NCBI RefSeq assembly: GCF_016432865.1
Contig: NC_067400.1
Coordinates: 85,994,001-86,058,000, forward strand
Origin: Antechinus flavipes
Lineage: Eukaryota
Direction: 5' to 3'
DNA: 64,000 nt
The notes under the pieces: model-generated
What the model saw: only the letters and a program-made list of their open reading frames with translations
What the model was told of the DNA's origin: nothing
Database searches by the model: none
Made by a program: the position numbers and the translations under genes
In this document: one piece after another, positions 38,581 to 51,640 of the stretch
How the letters are laid out: every line of letters begins with the position of its first letter
Numbering within the stretch: the first letter of the stretch is position 1

Positions 38581-39896
38581 GGAAGAAGAAGCTGGGCACT
38601 ATGTTATGCCTATTTTCCTTTAAATATATATTTTTAAAATAAATTTTACGAAACGGGGAAAAAGTAAAGCTCCTGACAAGTATAAATGAAGTGGAAGAAA
38701 GGATGAAGTGAAAACTGTCATTACATTGTGCCCCCTACACAACACCGTCTCGGCCTGGATGGTGGTGCTGCAGCTTGGCCTTTGCTTGTCTGCTTGTGTT
38801 TATTTTCCCTGGAACCATCTACATAAATATCATAGCTTGGAATCTCTTCCAAACTACAGGTTCTTCTTTCGCTTCCTTTTAGTGGATTAAGAGAGCAAAT
38901 TGTATTGAGTGTGACCACTGGAGGACACAGCTGTGCCTGACAAAGGGCTTTTTCCCTCCAGAAGAGGGCAGTGATTGGCATGCAGGTCATGGAATCCTTC
39001 GATTCCTTAATGTTGTTGGGTTTTCCCATTAGCTGCCCGTGGATTGGCTTGGCACTGTCGTACACAAGGTTATGCTTAAGCCTGTCATCAGCCTTCATTT
39101 TTTTCTGATCGTCCAGGACAAATGTAATGGGATGTTTCAGGATTGCCAAGTAATATAGGTATTTTGACCCAGGCCAACATGGAGGCTTGCTTCTTGACCT
39201 GATGCAGGGGCCTCACTTTTTGACAAAGGCTTTAATATTAATTGAATTCCCATATTTGATTTCTTCCCCCTCTCTCATCTCCTCCCCCCCGAAATAGTTT
39301 TGCTTTTTTGCTTAGAATCTTTAGAAGTTCTGATTATTGAAAGCTCTGGATGTCTTCATTTCAGCATAATTCCTTGACTAAGAGTCTGCTCTGTAGCATT
39401 ATTTAAATATTAAGGTCTCCTTTAAACCTTTTTATTTTAAAATGAAAATACTTCTGCATTCCTTGATAGGAACTGTGATTTTATTTTGGTTTGGTTTGGC
39501 GATGGTTAGGTACTTATATTGATCAGATTAAACACATTACTATGTTGTTTGTATGACCTGTAATTAATAGCAGAGTCTATAATTATTTGGAGAAGGCAGG
39601 ACTAACATCCGCAAGCTATAAGATATACCTGAGCTATGTGTGGTATCCATTTGTCTTTCTGTTCCTTCCATTTGGTGAAGAGCATAAACTAAAGAGAGAT
39701 TTGCTGCCTCTTTGAAAGTGTGTTCTTTAGAGACAGCAGGAATGGGATTGCTTTACTTGTGGGTCAGATTAAAAAACATTTCCAATGGTGGGCCCAGAGC
39801 AGGATTCAATTAGGCTGGCCAAGGCAGAGAGACTGGCGTCCAGCAGCTTGATGGGAATCTAGACAAGATGCTCAAGTTCTTTTCCTTCTCTTCTAG

Positions 39897-40013
39897 AGTC
39901 CGACAAGGAAGAGAAGCCAGAAAATGTTGTCATCCCCAAGGAAGTCACCTCGGCCCTGGGCTTACTGATGACTAACTACGGGAACATGTCGGGGTCAGAA
40001 AGTGAGCCAGAGG
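39897..40013 (+). CDS. NUFIP1: NUFIP1 exon 8
   Basis: ttctcttctAG|...|GTGAGT. 117 nt, (E)SDKEEKPENVVIPKEVTSALGLLMTNYGNMSGSESEPE. Confidence 0.96.
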
Positions 40014-42779
40014 GTGAGTAGTTGTTGCTTAAGTGCATTTTTTTTTTTTTTTTGCTGTAATATAATCTCTAGTATGAAATTCACTTATTAAATCCCTTTC
40101 ATATTTCATTGCACATCCTTTATTTTGACTTTCAAGTTCCATTTTAATTTGGCATAAGAGGTAATATTAAACATGGGAGAGAGAAAGCTAGAGGCTCAGG
40201 GGGATTGTGGGAACAGCCTGAGAGGAAGAAAGTGAGACAGATTCAAGGAGCTGAGCCTGAGCTTATATTTATATCTCTGTATGCAGCTAGAAACACATTA
40301 GATGCCTAATGTGTATATTAGATCAAGCCAGGCAGAAAAAGAGAAGAGAGGAGAGGAGAAAAGCATGAGAGCCAAAGACTAAAAAGAATGAAGGGAATGC
40401 TAAATGATGTAGCAAATCATCATTTATTTTCTCTACTCCCTTTCCATACCTCCTTGGAAAGGTACACAGGACCAAAGAACCAGCCTAAAGGTTGGTTGGT
40501 TGGTTGGTTGGTTCATTAAAATGCACAGCATCTCTCATGGGTGGAGAAAAATTCTTCACATTGGGTGCTGGCCTACAAAGGTTGGCAGGCTTGAGTGGTG
40601 GAAACCACTAAAGCAAACTTGGCTCTGCTTCATTCATTTTCAGCAAAGCATATGCCCTCAGAAATGGGAGTGATTTTTTTTTTTATTTAGACGTGAGTCA
40701 TTCTAGAAAGTCAAGGATGTGAAGCATAAATTCTTAGCCTTTAGGGATGAGATCATGAAGGGCAGCCTAAAATAATGTATGTGAAAATCTTTAAAAAACC
40801 GTTAAGTGCTACTTATATACAGGATGATTCAGGGTATCCTAAAGTCTTAATGTAGTTTTAATAAATTAACCCTGTAACTACATCAAGACTTTTGGGACAC
40901 TGTCTGTGTAATGTTGTCAACATCATATTTCCTTTTCCTTTTTTCCTTCCTCTTCTTCAGCTCTTCCATGTTCTCCTCCATTGTAATAACCATTTCTTCT
41001 CCAATAATGTCACTCTTAGAAGCATTTCCCACTTGAGACACTTAGTAACAAATCACTTAATCTTTCACCTCAGTTTCCTCAACTGGTAAAATGGGGACAA
41101 TAATAGCACCTAGGGTTGGGTTATGTTATGAAGATCACAAGATTGTTATAAAGATCAAATGAGTTAACATTTGTAAAGCACTTAGGACCATGCTGGCACA
41201 TAGTAGGTCCTATATAAATGTTTATTCCCTTCCCCCATATGGACTGTTGGCCTGACCTAGCATAGTAGTTCTGTAGTCCATGTATATGTAAGTCTTGTTA
41301 AAATGTTATGTGAATAACTAGGGTCATTTTAGTACACGTACAGATTTCTGCTGCAGCAGAGGCCAGGTTCCAACCAGGCCATGACAGTTCATGATATTTT
41401 TCCTTTTATGACAAGATGATTTCATTTGTGATGAGGATGACAGCTTATGGTCTGAAAAGCAGGTTTATAGCATGAAAAAAGGTTTGAATGAAGTTGAAGA
41501 GATTGGTGAAAACTTTGAGACCTTATTGGCAAAAATCTTCCCTATAGGGAGTGGACAACATTCTTAGAATTGACTGGGTTAGCGCCTCTTCTTGCTTAGG
41601 TATTTTGCGACTTGGAGATGATCAGGATAGAGCCTTCTGTTGTGAAGGAAGACATTTAGAGAAGCAGCCAAGTAGATCGAGAACCGACATTAAAGTCAGA
41701 AAGAGCTCCTATCCTTGATAACTACTGGCTTCGTTATCTTGCACAATTCACTTACTTTCTTAGCTTCTCAGCCAAATGGTCAAGACTATGTAAGTTGCAA
41801 AAAAAGTGTCCATCCACATTGACAGAGGAATTCCACATATGGATAAAAAGAGTAGGTCTGTTAAAGAAAAGAAAAGGGGGGGGGGGGGGAGAGGGATGAC
41901 ATTCAGTGTATTATGAACATGCAGCATTGTGTTATTTTCAGCCAGTTGAGTTGAAATTTAACCAGCCTGTTTTTTATCTAATAGAAGATCCCTTAGCTGA
42001 TTGGCTTCCTTGTTTCCTTCACAAAGAACAAAGACTTTGTTACTCTCGTATCCAATATGCCTAATGTGAAAGTGGAATTATTTCTTTCCTATCAACTTTG
42101 TTTGTGACAGGTGATAGTAAAGAAGGCTGGCCCCAGATTTGCTGAACCCCATTAAAACAGGTGGTATTTTTAATAGAGTATTTTCTTCTATCTTGCACAG
42201 TGTCTTTTATTCAGTGTTGCCATTTTAAGGCCATCAAAAAGTATAAACAGAATTTTGAGTGAGGTAGGAAGGAACCTCATGGAACTAGAATTAAAGTTGG
42301 ACTGGAAGAATGAAGGGCAGATAGGAAAGTAGCCCTAAATGAGAAGACGGGTTCAAAAACCAAGAAAGCCATGGAGATACTAATAGTCTTGTGCACTTTG
42401 ATAATCCTCTGCAGCAGCAAGCTTTGTTCTCTCTTTTGTGCATCTGCTTTAAAATAAATGGATCAGTGTTTGAAGTGGAGGGAATGATAGGAAGCACTGA
42501 GTGGCCCAGTTCTTTGGTAGCTGAAACTTTTCCTTCCTAGCTCTTCATTTGTAATTGTCACAAATTACTTTGGGACTCACCTTCTACCTTGCCATATATT
42601 TTTCCCACTTTCTTTTCCTTCCTGGCATAGCAAAGCACAAAGTGATAGAGCCAGAGAAGTTGTAGGACCAAGATTCTTGTGTTTGTACCAGAAAATCATC
42701 CGTAAGTGGAAGGCTACTTTGGGGGCCTATGAGGAACATGAAAACTCATGTCATGTGTTAAATGTTAGACCAGACACAT

Positions 42780-44020
42780 TTATAGAGAAAATGAAGAGCA
42801 AACAAATATATGCAAAGCAATCTATCTAGAAGATGAATAAGAAATAATTAGCAGAGGGAAGGTGCTGGAATTAAAAGGAGTTGGGAAAGACTCCTTCCCA
42901 GAAGATGAGATTAGGATTCAAAAAGCCAGGGGGGTCAGTAACCAGAGTACAGGAGGAAGAAGGTTCGAGGCATGGAAGACAGCCAGAAGGAAGAGAGTAT
43001 CTTGTTTGTGCAACAGCTGGGAAGCCAGCGCCACTCCCTCAGAGAGCGAGGTGTAAACAGACTGGAAAGCTAGGAAGGGGCTGCAGTGATGAAGGGCTCT
43101 GAACATCAGGTACCGTCTTGGAACAGGGAGCCTGGAGTTTATTGGGGGTGGGGGAGGTGTGTGATATGAGCTTTTGGAAAAGGAAAACTTGAGACTGACA
43201 CCCCCTCCCACCTAGCAGGCTACTGCAGGAGTCCAGACCTGCGGGGATTAAGGCCTGAATTAGAAGGATGGCAATATAAGAGGAGAAAGGTTGTATTTGA
43301 GGGATCTTACAAAGGCAAAATTGAGAGGTTTTGGCCACAATTTGGACAGGGTAGGGTGAGAGGTAGGGAGGAGTCTAGGATGTGAGCCTGAGTGACTGGG
43401 AGTAACCCTCTACAATAATTGGGTGAGGGGTGGGATTTAGGAGCAAATATAATAAATTCTGTTTTGAACATGAAATATCTATTGGACATCCAGGTTGAGG
43501 TGTCCAAATGGCAATTGGAGATGCCAGACTGGAGGTCTGGGGCAGGAAAGGTAGATTTGAAGCTCATCAGCATAAAGGTGATAATTAAATCCATGGAAGC
43601 TGATGAGATTGAAGTAGAAAGAGAATCCAGGACAGAACCTTAAGGTGTGCTCTGAAAGAAAAGACAGCAAAGGAGACAGAGGAGTGGTCAGATCGTAGGA
43701 GGAAAATCAGGAAAGTATTTCCTAAAAGCCTGGACAGAAGAGAGTGTTGAGAAGGAGAAGGAAGACTGAGGGAGGGCTGTTGGCAGTTGAGATCTGTAGC
43801 AACTTTGGAGAGCAGTTTGGATGGAATGAGAAGGCCAGAGACTTGATTGTAAGGCTTGAAGAGAGGGAGGGCAAAGAAGAAGGAAAACCATTTCATTGTG
43901 CAAGATGGGATGGAGAAGCACTGGAAGAGGGGAACAAGAGAGGAGAGTCTCAGCTGAGAGGCCGGAGAAGGTCTGGGGACAGAAGGTTTGCAGGAGCTGC
44001 TGCAGAGAATGGGAGGCTGT
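42780..44020 (-). mobile_element. L2 LINE ORF2 fragment
   Basis: Minus-strand translations include HGFNYHLYADELQIYLS (RT YADD motif) and LQSGISNCHLDTSTWMS...FKTEFIIFAP. Confidence 0.9.
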
Positions 44021-45057
44021 CATAGTCTCTCAGTGGTCCGACCCAGCTGAGATGATGTCACACTAATCTGTGGTGGGCCCAGAACACTCATATGGCTTTC
44101 TGCACTTTGATTCATCAGTACATGTGTAAGATGAGGTGACATGGTGGCAGAAACTGAATTTATGTAGTCACGAACCTTGTTATGTGGAAGGGGTTGATTG
44201 GGCATTTGAAACTTAAGTGGTAAAAAGGTGGGGGAAAACCCTGGAGAAAGGATAGGCAGAAATATTGTGTTTAAAGATCTCCCGGTCCTCTTCTGCACTC
44301 TGCCATCATCTTCCTGTAATAATCTAACCAGGTGCTCTCTTTACCTTCCCAGCACTGGAGCGTCCTCATGCCTTGGTGTGGCTCCACCAGAGATGTGCCT
44401 TTCTTCGGAATTACTCCATGAAGTAATTCACCTTCCACAATCTCCTGTTCTTCCTTTTCTCTCTTATCTACACTAGATCTACTTTGAACCTCTGGTCCCC
44501 TGACCAAACCTTATTGTCTCAAGCACTCCCTCTCACACATCATTATTCACATCCACCACCAGGTTTGCCATATCAGTGTTTCTCTAGTTGTATCCTAGAA
44601 TTCTTTGTCTTTTTACAAGCTACTCTTTAATGCCTCCAAATTACTTCTGGGTTAACCACAGCCCTTGGATTGCTCTGCTTTTGCTCTATGGCAACTGAAC
44701 TTGCTGAAGAAGTTCACACAATCAAAACCATTTCATCCTCTAATTTCTTGATTTATAATTTCAGCTGAGTCCTCCATGATGCTTCTCTGAATACAGAGAG
44801 ATTACATTTTTTTCACTTTAAATCGGGTCTCAGACACTTACTAGCTATAAAAACTGTAAAATGGGTATTATAATGGTATCTACTTTCTCAGGTTTTTCTG
44901 AGGATTAAATGAAAGTAATTGTAAAATGCTTAGTACAGGGCTTGGCACACAGCAAGTACTTGCTTCCTTTGTTCCATCCTTTTCTTCCATCAGTTCAATT
45001 CATCCATTTTTTTTTTTTTTAAGGATTTGTAATTTTGTTTTCCTCTATTTGTTTTAG

Positions 45058-45290
45058 AAACTTCCATCAAGATAGAAGCAGAGCCCTCAGCAGAAAACCA
45101 GGTCATCCTCAATGATGTCCCTCAGAGTCCAAGTCAAGATATCCAGACACGAGGAAGAAACCTCCCTGAGATTAAGACTAAGAACTTAAGGAAAAATTGG
45201 ATGAAAAAAAATTTTAGGTATAAGAAAAACCTCTACAGAAAAAAGACAATTTCTGAACCACGGAAAAGACGTCCACACCTCCTAGAGATG
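45058..45290 (+). CDS. NUFIP1: NUFIP1 exon 9
   Basis: gttttAG|...|GTAAGA. 233 nt, (E)TSIKIEAEPSAENQV...SPSQDI...EPRKRRPHLLEM. Confidence 0.94.
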
Positions 45291-46429
45291 GTAAGAGATT
45301 TTTCTTCATGGTCTGCCATGAGGATGGAAGTTTTGGCTTTTTTCTCTTTAAGGTTGATAAATGATAAATGATCAGAGTTAAACTGAACCTGACAACAACA
45401 TGAGAGTTTAGATGTGACAAAATGGGAGAGAAATATAAGTTGAGATTGATTTTTAATATTTGAGATTTCACTGAGATGATGATGCAGTTAAGAAGACATA
45501 TCCTTAAACAAATGTAAGATACAAAAATGATCATTACCACATTCTGGTAACCACCATCACCAAACCACAACCATGCTAATAATAATAAATAACAAAACGC
45601 TTAACCTCCCAGAGTTGTTTTGAGGATAAGATGAGATATTATTTATAAAAGCCATTAGCACAGATCCTAGCACATAATAGGTGCTATATAAATGCTTCTC
45701 TTCCTTTACTTCCTTTATTTGATGGTCTGTGAAAAATCTGAGTTTCCTCTGGTAAGATCTTTTACCAATATGAAAGTACCCTTCACCACTGCGTGCTATT
45801 AATATATATTTAGATGTAGTTTGACTACAGGAAAGTAAAACAAAAATGCTATATACATATATAGACATAATAGCTATATCTATTATCTATGGCTGCTTTA
45901 TAATTTTTAACACAGCAGAATAAAACTCTAGGTAACCAAGTTACCCTGTTTCTTGTCACTAAATATATTATCTCCCTGGTTTTATTTAGCAAGAGAAATG
46001 ACATTTGATAGAGCCGTTGCCCTTTCTTTGCAACATATTAGCTTGTCCGATTACTGGAGACAGTGCTTCTTGAACTTCAGGGATTCTCTACTTCTCCAAT
46101 GATAATCCCAGGTTATTAGTAGTAATAGTGCCAGTTTTCCAAGTCTAGTTTTTCAGAAGTCTACAAAGGTTAGAGTCATTTTAATTCTATCTCATTTGGA
46201 TTTTTAATTTCCCTCTTCAGAGAAGCCCAATTTTTTGCTTCTCTTTCTCCCCTTCATTTTCTCATTTTTCTACTTCCTTCTTCCAAGTTTGCAGACAGAC
46301 CCACATGTATGTATAGCTCTTCATATATACATAACTCATTTGGTTGTATACAGATTTGGGGATACTTCTATAGGTGACCATCTTTCCCTTATATTTAATT
46401 AATTGGTGAATATTTTCTTTTTTTTTCAG

Positions 46430-46579
46430 CTTTTAGCACAGGACATAAGACATGAAAGAAATGTGATTTTGCAGTGTGTTCGATACATCATCCAAAATGA
46501 CTTTTTTGGACTTAACTCCAAGGCAGAGCCACTAGGAAAAACTAAGAATGACCAGGTATCTGAAGTTTCAGAATCATGA
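46430..46579 (+). CDS. NUFIP1: NUFIP1 exon 10 (last coding exon)
   Basis: ttttcAG|LLAQDIRHERNVILQCVRYIIQNDFFGLNSKAEPLGKTKNDQVSEVSES-TGA. This is the conserved C-terminal motif DIRHERNVILQCVRYI. Confidence 0.97.
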   Translation, partial: LLAQDIRHERNVILQCVRYIIQNDFFGLNSKAEPLGKTKNDQVSEVSES

Positions 46580-46938
46580 ACGTACCTATCCAGAATGGCA
46601 TCCTGGCATCTTGGAGGCCAGCCCTGCAAGGACATCTGGACAGAAAGGAGAACTTTTACTCTAATTGATAAATTTCATGTAAGATATGATCTCATACTCT
46701 CAGAGCTTTCATTGGAGATGCCAATTGAATCTTGAGTCTCTGTGCCGTTGGCATTGTGCACAAGCTTTGCTGGTGGAATGTTTTTTCCTATTTACTTCTG
46801 ATGCCCAGGGAAATTCAGAGGCAACCCACAGATTGGATTGTGGGATTGTAGTTTAAAATGTATAATTCAGTTATGCAGAGACCAAGAGGCAGGGGCTGGG
46901 CAGGGAGGAAAGTTGTAGCTTTTACAAAATGTTTGCAC

Positions 46939-46944
46939 AATAAA
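46939..46944 (+). terminator. NUFIP1: Candidate NUFIP1 polyadenylation signal
   Basis: AATAAA about 360 nt after the stop, followed by a T-rich tract (aagttttttgacttttg). Confidence 0.55.
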
Positions 46945-47499
46945 GGAACTAAGTTTTTTGACTTTTGATGAGGAGGGAAAAGAACAGAAATAAATGGATT
47001 CCCAAGTTAGGACTTATAAAATTCAAATTCAAATTTACCTGTTTTAGTCTCCAGCACCTAGGTGCAAATCTAGCTGTGCTCAACCACATGTTGCACTTTG
47101 GAAATGCTTGTATAGACATGCTCTCAATTTGTACTGTAGATTCAATTGAAGTGTCCTTTGCTATAGTTCAGGTTTGGACCATTGTTTTTTTTCTAGTGAA
47201 AAAGCATATAAAATCCAATAATGAGGTTCAACTCATTTTATAGCAAAAGCGGTGTTGGTGAAATAATGTAAGCTTAGGTCCTAAGTTTCAGTTAGTTCAT
47301 CGTAAAGATAATTTTATCCTTATTTTTAAGAAGTAAGTCTTTTTTTTGAATAAAGCCATTGAGGTCTCTTGCCTCAGGGATTTCTGTTTGTGTGTCCTTT
47401 TCATTTTGTATTCCATTCACTCATTATATGTGGCTTTACACATCAGGCTAAGATTAGAAAGAACCAGTTTTCAGAAAATCAGTCTGGTGCACTTCGGCC

Positions 47500-48570
47500 A
47501 GTATTTTTTTGGTCCTTATCTTTCCTGGCCTCACCTACAGCCTTTGACCTTATCAATCACCTGCTTTTCTTTGGTACTCTCTCCTTCCTAGGGGTTTGTA
47601 GCCCAGTTCTCTCTGTATGACCACCCCTTGTCTGGATCTTCATCCAGCTCACCCCTAACTGCAGGCAACCTCGGCTCTGATATACAAGTTTCTCTTCTCC
47701 TGTAGCATTTCGTTTGGTGATCTCATTAGCTTCTTGGTGATGATACTTCTTAGGTCTCTTAATCTAGATTTGTCCTCTGCTCTGCCCTCTGGCCTTGCGT
47801 CACCTAGGGGATGTCTCTAATTGGATGTCCCAGAGTCCTTAAACGTGCCTCGTCCAGAAGGGAGCTCATTCCCCTTCTCCTTCCTCCATCTCCATTGCTA
47901 CCAATAACCTGGGAGCTGTCACCATCCTCTCCGCCATCCTGGCTCCCAGCCTACGGGTCATCCCTGACTATTCCCTTACCTCCCATGTCCAATCTGCAGC
48001 ATCTCTTGGGTAAGTGCCCTTTCTCCTTGGAGCTCCCCCATGTCTTCATCACCTCCCTGGACGACTGCCATCACCTGCGAGGAGTTTTGTGCCCTAATCC
48101 GCCCTCCATCTAATGCACAGACCTCACCGTCCTATCACCTCCAGGACGTAGAATTCTCTCTGGCTTTGAAAGCCTGTCAGGTGGTTTTGATTTGTCCACT
48201 TACTACCTTCTTGTCGTCTTCTACCTCATTCCCTTCCCTCTCTCCTGGTATCGAGCAGCACTGGCCTTTGTGTGTTTCTTCAAACACGACCCCTTTTCAC
48301 TTGCTACGTCTTTGCACTGGCCAAAGCTTGAGATGCGTTCCTTTCCTCCATTTTGGAATCACTGGTTTCTTTCAAGACTCAGCTCAAAAGTCGCCTTCTA
48401 CATGAAGCTTTTCCTCAAAGGTTCTTTTGTATCTGCTCTTCGTGTGCTTACACATACATGTGTAGTTTCTTCCACTAGGATATTGAGGGGCTTTTATTTT
48501 GCTCTTTTTATCCCAAGCAACTCACATGATGTCCAGTCCCTCACATCTTGATAAATACTTGTTGCCTGAT
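47500..48570 (+). mobile_element. L2 LINE ORF2 and 3' fragment
   Basis: Translates TAFDLINHLL (RT AFD motif). Pyrimidine-rich body ending ttgataaatacttgttgcctgattcattc. Confidence 0.8.
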
Positions 48571-51399
48571 TCATTCACCCTCTAAAGGTCTCCCCAACTT
48601 GACTCCATTAGCTTTGCATTAGAGGTTTTCCCAAAGAAGAAATTTGCTGCATGACTAACACCACAGAAAAATTTCAGCCTAGGATTAAAATTAGGTGAAA
48701 TTAAATATTGATCAACACTTAAAGGTATTCAGGTGGATATTCACACATTCATCTCATTCTGTAGGAAAGCAACCTGAAGCGCACTCGGTTGCCAACATAA
48801 TGTGAATTTAATTTTGTTTTATTTATGATCTACATTGATCCTTATTTCTACCTGCTCGTTCACTGTGATTGCGTTCTGTACGGAATACTCCCAGACTGTT
48901 AATAACGGTAATAACTAACATTTATGTAGCGCTTACTCTGTACCTGACACTGTGTTAAGCACTTTGCACTGTCTCATTTGTGCCTCACAACAAATGTTTC
49001 TGTGATAGTGACCACATTTTGCATCATCGGATGGAGAGGAATCTTGGCTCTTGGATCTTGTTAGTTAATGGTGAGATGTTTGGATGTCTGTTTTTGTGAA
49101 CTTTCTCCAACAGTAGGGATGATGGTGTTGAGAGTGTGAGATGTTGCCAGTGTTGGGTGCTATGCAGGACCCATCCTGTGGCACTGCTAATGGGTGGCAG
49201 ACATACTCAATGAATAAACAAGCTTTAGTTTGTTTTATTTAAGCACCTACTGTGTTAGATACAAGGATACAAGGGCAGAAGTGAAACATTTGCTACAAAG
49301 GAAGCTGACCTTCTATAGAAGGAGATAACACGTGTATATAGAAGTGGGTGCAGAATAATTACAAGGTAATTTAAGGGGGAGGCAATGGCAGCTTGAGGAG
49401 GTTTAGGATATGACACTTAAGCTGAGCTTTGGTAGAAACTAGAGATTTCTAAGAGGTAGAGGCAAGGAGGACGTGTATTGTCTGTGTGAAGAGAGAAAAC
49501 AGGCAGAATGCTGAAACCATCTGCTAGGATTCTTTCCTTCTTGTTCCTTTCCTGCACTCTTCCTACCTGGGACAGAACTCTTCAGGCCAGACCTACAGAG
49601 GCTGTGCTGAAATAGTTACTGAGCCGCTGCCAGGGCCAGATCACACTTTCCATCCCCAAGCCTCTTGAGGGCAAGAACTGTTCTTTGTTTCTTTCTGAAT
49701 CCCTCAAATTTAGCACAGAGCTATGCATATAGTAGACACTTAAATGCTTATCAACGGACTTTGTTGCAACATCCTCTTGCCATCAACCCCTCTTTCTCAT
49801 GTCTATTTTCTCTATGATTTGAGTTTCCTAAGGTATATATCTGTCGTTCCTCTATTCAACATACTCCAGTGATACCCTTAGGTAAGCATTTATTAAGTGC
49901 CTACTATACACTAGACACTGTGCTAGTAAGCACCAGGGAGAGGAGGAAAAGCAAAAAACAGTCCTTGTCCTCAAAGAGCTCAGTCTAATGAAGAAAACAT
50001 GAGGACAATTATATACAAACTAGTTCTGCTCAGGATAAATAGGAAATGGTCAGCAGAGGGAAAGGCACTAGAATTTTAAAGTGTAAAGGGAGATCTGGCT
50101 AATCCTTATGGCTGAAATGTGCTCTCATTTCATTGCTCCATCTTAAAGATCTTCATTACCTACAAAACCCTATTCAGGCCATATTTTCTACAGGAATCTT
50201 TTCCTGATCCCCCTCAGTGCCTTTTCTAACCCACTGCCTGGACCACTGTGCCCTCTTATATTTATTGGTTAATATGCATGTTGTCTCCTGTGTTATAACA
50301 TCAGCTCCCTGAGCGCAGGGAAAGTTAATTTTTTGTCACTGTATTCTCTCTTAGTACATATGTACTTTTGGGTACACACTAGGTATTTAAAAAGTGTTAA
50401 AATGGACTCTATATATATCCTCTATATAATGAGGATGTCTTTTATAATACCTCTTGCTCACTGTGTATCACTAATAATATGCTGCCTCTTGCATCTTGGG
50501 GGCCTCCAATGCTCTTTGATTTCTCTAAGATGGTGGTAGTCCATCACTTGAGCCTCTCTACTATTATAGGAAGAATACTGTTATTAAAATGATGGGCTCA
50601 AATGGCAGGAAATAGCTTGGGGTTGTTAAAAGTGCTATTCACTTTCCCAGATGCAATCATGCCTTAATTTCCTTATCTATAAAATAAAGTGATTTGACTA
50701 GATAGCCTCAGATTTATTCTGGTTCTGAAATATGTCATCCACAATTAAATCCTGCATCCCAGATGTGATCGAGCCAGGATGGTTCATTAATATATTACAT
50801 ATAACTCTTAGCTAAAAGTATGGATGGAGAAATTTGCTAAGGAGGAAAAAAAAAAGATCTATTTGTTCTTTAAGATTGAGAGAGGGAAATGCAAATAATG
50901 TGGATTTAAATATTCTGTGGTGTTGGTCTCTTTGAAAGAGGCTTAGCAGGCTGGAACTTCAGGATCAAGAATGAGATCCTGTTTTGTTTTTTATCATGCT
51001 TGCCATATGCCGCACCCCGGAGTGCACTGCATCCTATAAATACACTTTGCATTGATGTCAGGGACATTTTTTGCGTCTTCTCAGAAAGGCACCACGTAGA
51101 CATCTCTTCCTGAGCCTCAACATTTTGCGATGTGTCAACCTTCTTGTGCATGGAAGAATACAAGTATCTTTTCTTGAGTTCTTGGGTGAGTTGTATCCTG
51201 ATTTCCACAGCCCATTTCTTGACATTCCCACAGGAGCATCCTTTTCTGTAGCACTTAGAATGTTTGATAGCAGCATTTCTTATCCTCAGGAGTCAGATCT
51301 TCAGTTCCCTGTCTCATCTTTGCTTTTCTTATGTTCCTATTCTTTTTCCTAGTCCTGACTTCTAGAGTTTGTTCTTCACTGAGAGGATTTAAGGGCAAT

Positions 51400-51640
51400 G
51401 GTGGTACAGTGGAGAGAATGCCAGGCTTGGAGTCAAGAAGGCTTTTTTTTTTGCCTCAAGTTCAAATCTGGCTCAGATCTTAGGCTGTGTGGTTCTGAGC
51501 AAGTCATTTAATCCTATCTGTCTCAGTTTCCTCATCTGTAAAATGAGAAGAAAATAATGAATCACTATAGTATCTTTGCCCCCGCCTCCCCCGCCCAAAG
51601 TCCAAATAGGGTCATAAGGAGACAGGACCGAACAACAACA
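51400..51640 (+). mobile_element. Mar1-type SINE
   Basis: gtggtacagtggagagaatgccaggcttggagtcaagaag...gttcaaatc...tcagtttcctcatctgtaaaatgag...agtatctttgcc...aaatagggtcat. Confidence 0.75.

Noticed and set aside
43039-44023. Cluster of minus-strand ORFs with a YADE motif
   Set aside because: Frameshifted L2 reverse transcriptase remnants, not an active element.
6253-46429. Intronic snoRNAs, suggested by the snoRNP-assembly role of NUFIP1
   Set aside because: I saw no convincing C/D box pair with a terminal stem and no H/ACA structure by eye. An Infernal/Rfam scan would be needed to exclude them.
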